Of a DNA stretch of 64,000 nt, positions 57,216-64,000 are shown piece by piece. Position 1 is the stretch's first letter. Each line of letters opens with the position of its first letter. The translations under genes were made by a program, and so were the position numbers. The notes beneath the pieces are model-generated. The model searched no databases, was not told the origin of the DNA, and saw only the letters and a list, made by a program, of their open reading frames with translations. This stretch comes from the human T2T-CHM13v2.0 reference genome, Homo sapiens, in assembly GCF_009914755.1 (NCBI RefSeq), contig NC_060926.1, one strand, 5' to 3'.

Positions 57216-58574
57216 CTGTTGACATCCCTTCTCCCATTCTCTGTGTTGGTGGAGACGTGCTAAGGGGGAAATGATGCAGGCAGGGTGGGGGTTGTGGGAG
57301 GGCCTCTGAAGGGGGAAGTCAAGACTGAAGCAAGCACTAAGGAGCCACCTGCCCAGGGGTGAGAGCTGAACCATGTCAACGGGAAAAAGAATAAATGAAA
57401 AGGCAGTCAGAGAGCCAAGGGCGACCCCTACTTTTGTGTCTTTCTCTCTCTTTCCCTGTGTGTCTCTCTCTGTCTCTGTCCCCTTCCCCTCATCATCTGT
57501 TTCCCTTTGTCAGTGTCTGTCCCACTTTGTGAAAAGTGTTTTGAATGGATCTTTTCTGACTTGTTTTTCTCACCTTTGTGTCACATGGTCATTCATTCTC
57601 TTATTATATTTTATTCTGACGTTTTTTCTTTCTGCATTTCCTTACTCAACTTGCCACCAACATAGAGATAAATTGTTCATATTTATGAATGGCTCTATGT
57701 GTCTTTGTTTTAAAGAGATATGACCAAGAGGAGCATTTTAAACATGTCTCTCCTCGAAACACCTAAGCCAACTCCTTTATATTGAATTTCCATGGATTGA
57801 GTATATTGGCTCCCAGCAGGTCAGGGCCCTCCAGGTGATAGGTGGTCCCTGATCCTTGGTCTTGTGTGACTGCCAGCATTACTGTCCCCTTTGGGACTCA
57901 GACTTTGTGGTGAATGCATGCAGAGATCTTTTGCTTATCAAGCTTGTAGATGAAAATACAGAGGCATGAGCTAGGAAAGAGCTTGACCCCCTAGCTCAGT
58001 GGAGCAAGGCTAGGAAGAGAACACAAAAAGACCTGGCCTGGAAGGGGCAGAGGAGTTGGTAAGGAAGCTTTCAGCCCTGACAACAGTCCACAAGGGAGCT
58101 GCTTTTCACTGACACCAGTGCTCCTGAGGACCAGAATGGCTGATCACAGCCAGCCACATTAAATACGTAATTTCAGAAATGCGATCAAACTGACTTCCTG
58201 CCAGAGCTATGAAGCAAATCCTATACAGAGCCAGAGGTCCTTTGTGTTTTCCATTTTTGATTCTGTGTTAGGCTGATTTTTTTTTTTTGAGAGAGAGATA
58301 TTTAATTTACCTAGTCTTTTCAATCAAAGAAATTGATACATTAACAGGATGGGTGGTGATGGTGGCAGTGGCAGGGAAAGTAATTAAAAAGTCTAATTTT
58401 TCTTTCTAAAAGCACCAGCCCCTGAACTGGATAGGTCTCCTTGGACTGGAAAGCAGACAAAGTTTGAATAAAACTTTTATTCAAATCTAACAATTATTTT
58501 GTTGTGCTTAGATGTTGGGATGTTGGGAAGAATATTTTCTTTTCCAGGAGCCAATGTTTTGGACATTAGGGGGC

Positions 58575-59023
58575 TGGATCAGCTTCTTAGGGCAGTCATA
58601 ACAAAGTACCATCAACTGGGTGGCTTAAAATAACGGAAATTTATTTTCTCACAGTTTTGGAGGCCAAAAATTCAAAGTTAATATGTAGGCAGGGCCAGGC
58701 TCTCTCTGAAGCACTAAAGAAGGATTTGTTCCAGGCCTTCCTCTTAGCTCCCAATGCTGCCCGCAATCCTTGGTGTTCCTTGGCTTGTAGACACATCACT
58801 CTAATTTCTGATTCCATAGTTACATGGTGTGCACCCTATATGTGCCTGTGTTTTCTCTTCTTATAAGGACACCAATCATATTGGATTAAGGCCCATCCTA
58901 ATCCAGTATGGTCTCATTTTTATTTGATTGCAAAGACTCTATTTCCAAATAAGGTCACATTCACAGGTACTAGGGCATTAGAACTTTAACAAAATTTTGT
59001 GGGGAGACACAAGTCAATCCCCA
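58575..59023 (-). mobile_element. MLT1C-like solo LTR (sense to ALK, intron 2)
   Basis: aacaaagtaccatcaactgggtggctta...tcttataaggacacc...tatttccaaataaggtcacattcacaggtac; TSD ggggc/gggac. Confidence 0.87.
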
Positions 59024-61928
59024 GGGACCATAGTCTGGGATGGGGAGGGAGGGTAGAGAAGACAAGACTACCTACAGTGCCAAGGGGATTCCACTCATGG
59101 TTAGAAAGGGTTGAATTACTTGGCCTGCCTGGGATAGTCTCCATTTGGTGATATCAAGTCTTGGTCCCATAGCTACCCAAGGTCTTAGACATCAGACTGA
59201 TCATTTAGCTAAACACCAGGTCATCCAGGAAGTGGGCATGCTCTCCAGGCAGGGAAAGCTCATCTTTGAAATAACTTTGTGATATGATAGAAAGAGCACA
59301 CAGAGAGTCAGAAAGTCCAGGTTCATTCTTTTCTAATGGCTCACCTACTCCGTAAAATGAAAGCACATTAATAAACTCCTTTGACCCTCGATTTGTATTT
59401 CCATAAAAATAAAATATAAAATAATTTTCATCTACTGCAATTTTATAATACAACTTAAATGAGAAAAGTGGGTGAAAAAGAGTTTTGCAATGTATCATGT
59501 TTTTTTTTTTTAAATAAATGAAAAGTCCCTTTCTCCTGCTCATATGGGCAGAACCTTTCATCGTCCTGTTTAAAAAGTTGATGTGATTCTTCCCATACCC
59601 AGAGTGGGCAAATATGATTTAAAGGTGGAAAGGATACCATCTGTCTCTGTGGCTCTAAAACTCAAGGTGATCAAAACTGCCTTTCAAAACCCCCGGTGGC
59701 CTCAATCTTTTAGCATCTGGTGCTACCTGATGGAACAGATTTTTATCTGAGTAGGTAGTTAGAGCCTAATCCTTTAGCCAAGCCTATAAATAAGTCTAAG
59801 GGCATGAGAGCTGATGATAAAAAGAAAAATAAAGTCTTTCTTTAGACGTCCTCCCTCTCAAAGCCTTAGGGGAGGAATGTGCAGCCCTCTGCTCGCTGAT
59901 GATGAAATTAGTGGGCGCTCGTCATTCAACACAAAGGCGAGAAACGACTGGAATCTGATGTCAAAAGCCACGGAAGAGAATATATTTTACACAGCATATT
60001 AGGCCCCAATGCAAATTAGAAGAAATATGGGGAGCCTTCAAAAAGGTAGGTCAAACTTTTTCCTCAAGCAGATAATTACAGACTGGGGGTGAATAAATCT
60101 TATTAGCCTCTTTCCACCTTGTCTCTTCTCATAAAACACTGGAAAAAAGAAAGCCATTCCAATTCAGAACTGGACAGCTCACCCAACAGAGGCCTAGCCT
60201 AGTGGTCATCAGGACACCTGCGGTCAGGTTGTTGATGCTCACTCTCACTCCCCCACCCTGACGACCTCCCACCAGGATGCAGGTGAAGACAGCCAACCAA
60301 GCGTGGACTTCCATGATGGACTTGCAGAGACTTGGTGACTTCTCACTGTCTGAAGAACGATCCCTTCAGGCAGCAATTTTCCAGTCAAATTTATCTGCCC
60401 AAGTTTGAGGCCTTAAAATTAATGAAGTTGTTAACATTTCTTAAAATGTCTTTCACGGCAGTTGAAAGGTATGGATTTATCACCCAACTCAGCTGGCCTC
60501 TTTGATTCATAGACATGTGGGCTGAGCTCCCACCAACATCCTTAAGGGGACCAGACTCTTGGCCTTAGCTCTGTCTTTAGCTTGTTCTGCAGTGGGTCTT
60601 GGGGCAAGTCCTCAACATCTGTACTCTGAGGTCAGCCCACCGGGGACACTATGGCAGTGGGCTTAGCTGCCTATGGAATGATTTGTCTGTCCTATGAGCA
60701 GTGAAAGGGAAGGGCCAACCCTTACCTGTCTTTATGTTTGCATCACTTCCCACATCAGGCACAGGGCCAAGCACCCAGAGATGGTGATGGTGGTGGTAAT
60801 GTCTTCATAAGTCTCAGCTGAATTAAATATGGCAGAAAGATGTAAAGCCTCTGGAATGCCCACCATAGTCAGTTAAGGAACCACCAATGAAGAATCAGCT
60901 CCTCCTTCCCCATAAATCAATAGCAACGATGGTGATGACTTGGGTACTCTTACCCAGAACTTGGGCAGTAACTGCCAATGGTTTGGGTCCTCTACTCTGC
61001 CAAGAAGGGAAATCATGAGGATTCCAGACCAGGAGGAGAGTTTGAAAGAGATCTTGAAAAACCTCCAGATCGATTCCTTTGCCCTAAGGTGGCATGCCAT
61101 TTCACCCTCATTTTACAGATAAGGAGGATGAAGCTCAGGGAGCACCACATGGTTTATCAGGGCCAAGCCATGGGTAGGAGGCAGCTTAATAAGCTTTCAT
61201 GATTTTCTCCTTTTGACCTGCAACCTCTTATAAGATGCTCCACAGGGAACAAATATGTTGCCCTCTGCAGCATGGAGGGGGTAGATTCACCCCTTGGGGC
61301 ATTCTGCATTTTATAAAAATTGTCCTTCTGTAGAGATACTGAATGACTTTGGGAGCAAAATCAAAAATGTTACCTGAAGACCAGTTGTATCGCAAATCTG
61401 GTTACAAAGCATTAACAATGCAAAGATCCAGATTTCAATTATTTATAGATACTTGCCCTTATCATAAGATGACACTCAGTGTCTGGTTTAAATAAAATCA
61501 GGAAGTAATTCTTATCTGGAATCTCCTGACGACCACTGATCTTTCTCTCCTGCAAGGGCTGCTTAAGAATCACAGGAAACATTCCAGCACAGAAGATAAT
61601 TATAAACTGCCCCAGGGTTTTTGATGGATTTTTTTTTAAGTTTAAAATATGGTACAGAAAGGTACAGTTAATATGAACCAAGAGCGTTATAGATGAGAGA
61701 CAGCAGGCTTTGGACTGGAAGCTTTTCTATAGTGAGTGGAACATCTCTGTTAGGTGCATTTTAAATAGCTTAGGCCCAAGGGTATAGACTGCATAGAGGA
61801 ATAGGTAAATATGCCCAGAAGGGAATCTAGAACTCCGTGCCACACCAGGTTTATAAATACTTAATTGAATCAGGCCTGATGAATGAGTTTCATTCTGGAG
61901 GCCTTTTGCATTCATTCATCATAAATAT

Positions 61929-61982
61929 GAGGCTGGTGCAAAAGTAACTGTGGTTATTGCCATTGAAAGTAGCCATTGAAAG
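61929..61982. mobile_element. MADE1 (mariner MITE) half element
   Basis: ggctggtgcaaaagtaactgtggttattgccattgaaagta matches one MADE1 arm; gccattgaaag is duplicated at the break. Confidence 0.7.
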
Positions 61983-62521
61983 ACTAATAAGGCTTTATGC
62001 ATATCTTCCATGCGATAGAATAAAGTGGAAAGCAAAGCTTAGTGTCTGTCCTTATGGTGTTCACCCTAGAGGAGTTCAAGAGAATTAAAATGTTCATTTG
62101 AAATGCTTCTTCTCTCCTCTAAATCTTCTCATTGCAGAGACCCAGCTACTATGAGCTGTTAGAATGAGCACAGAGAAGGAGGAATCTTATACCATGTAAA
62201 GGCAGCCTCCTGAGGGCTGCTAGGACAGGACCTACCCGGGTGGGTAGGTGGTACCTGGGAGAAAAAATGAAAGTAGGGGAAGAAGTCTGGCTTGGTAGCT
62301 GGAGAAGCCACTCTGTGTGATCTTATTAAACCTAGTTTCCACATCTGTAAAAATGTAATTGGACCTGGTCTCTTCATGTCGGATGCTGTTGCAGAATCAA
62401 ATGAACCAAAATAATATCAAAGAACATGTTTGGGAAACTTTAAGGAGCTTCTTAACTGTAAGGGGCCCTGGAAGACCTGTGACGCTCATAATAATAATCC
62501 CCTCTTAAGAGACTGATTGTT

Positions 62522-62982
<461 letters not shown>

Positions 62983-63189
62983 CTAAGCAGGAGGGATATG
63001 GCAGACACAAAGCCCTTGGCTCCCACCAGGATACAGAATGCAGCTGGAATGGCCTGGCTGGAATGGTCCACGGGGTTGAGCGTCACTGGGAGACAGAGGG
63101 CTCAGAAAGACTTCTTTTGCATATAGGGAGCTGAGGGAATGCCCTGGAGCACTATGAATCCCAAACTGAAACTCACAGAGTCCTTATTA

Positions 63190-64000
<811 letters not shown>

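Noticed and set aside
59895-59960. C/D box snoRNA (ATGATGA ... CTGA)
   Set aside because: No terminal stem or recognisable rRNA/snRNA guide; such boxes occur often by chance.

Overview
Human (or closely related hominid) genomic DNA lying entirely inside the ALK receptor tyrosine kinase gene, which is transcribed on the minus strand. Two coding exons are recognisable from their translation and splice sites: exon 2 (63237-63356, 120 nt) and exon 3 (40503-40667, 165 nt, start of the first MAM domain). They are separated by a 22,569-nt intron 2, and positions 1-40502 are part of the long intron 3. The rest is intronic and rich in repeats: a ~15 kb block of L1 elements in ALK-sense orientation, nine Alu/FLAM copies, three THE1C-like and three MLT1 solo LTRs, a full-length 7SL retrocopy, MER1, MER53, MER5 and MADE1 DNA elements, CR1/L3, L2, MIRs and microsatellites. 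I found no new protein-coding system. The most notable structures are: (i) two independent L1 3' transductions, each with its own AATAAA, second poly(A) tail and target-site duplication (TSD), one carrying an LTR-like fragment and nested in an older L1; (ii) a candidate in-frame UG-repeat cryptic exon or recursive splice site 1.4 kb downstream of exon 3; (iii) a concentric mirror arrangement of four inverted repeat pairs across intron 2 and exon 3; (iv) ALK-sense MaLR LTRs whose splice-donor and poly(A) signals are in different states. Repeat subfamily names come from remembered consensus sequences and need RepeatMasker confirmation.
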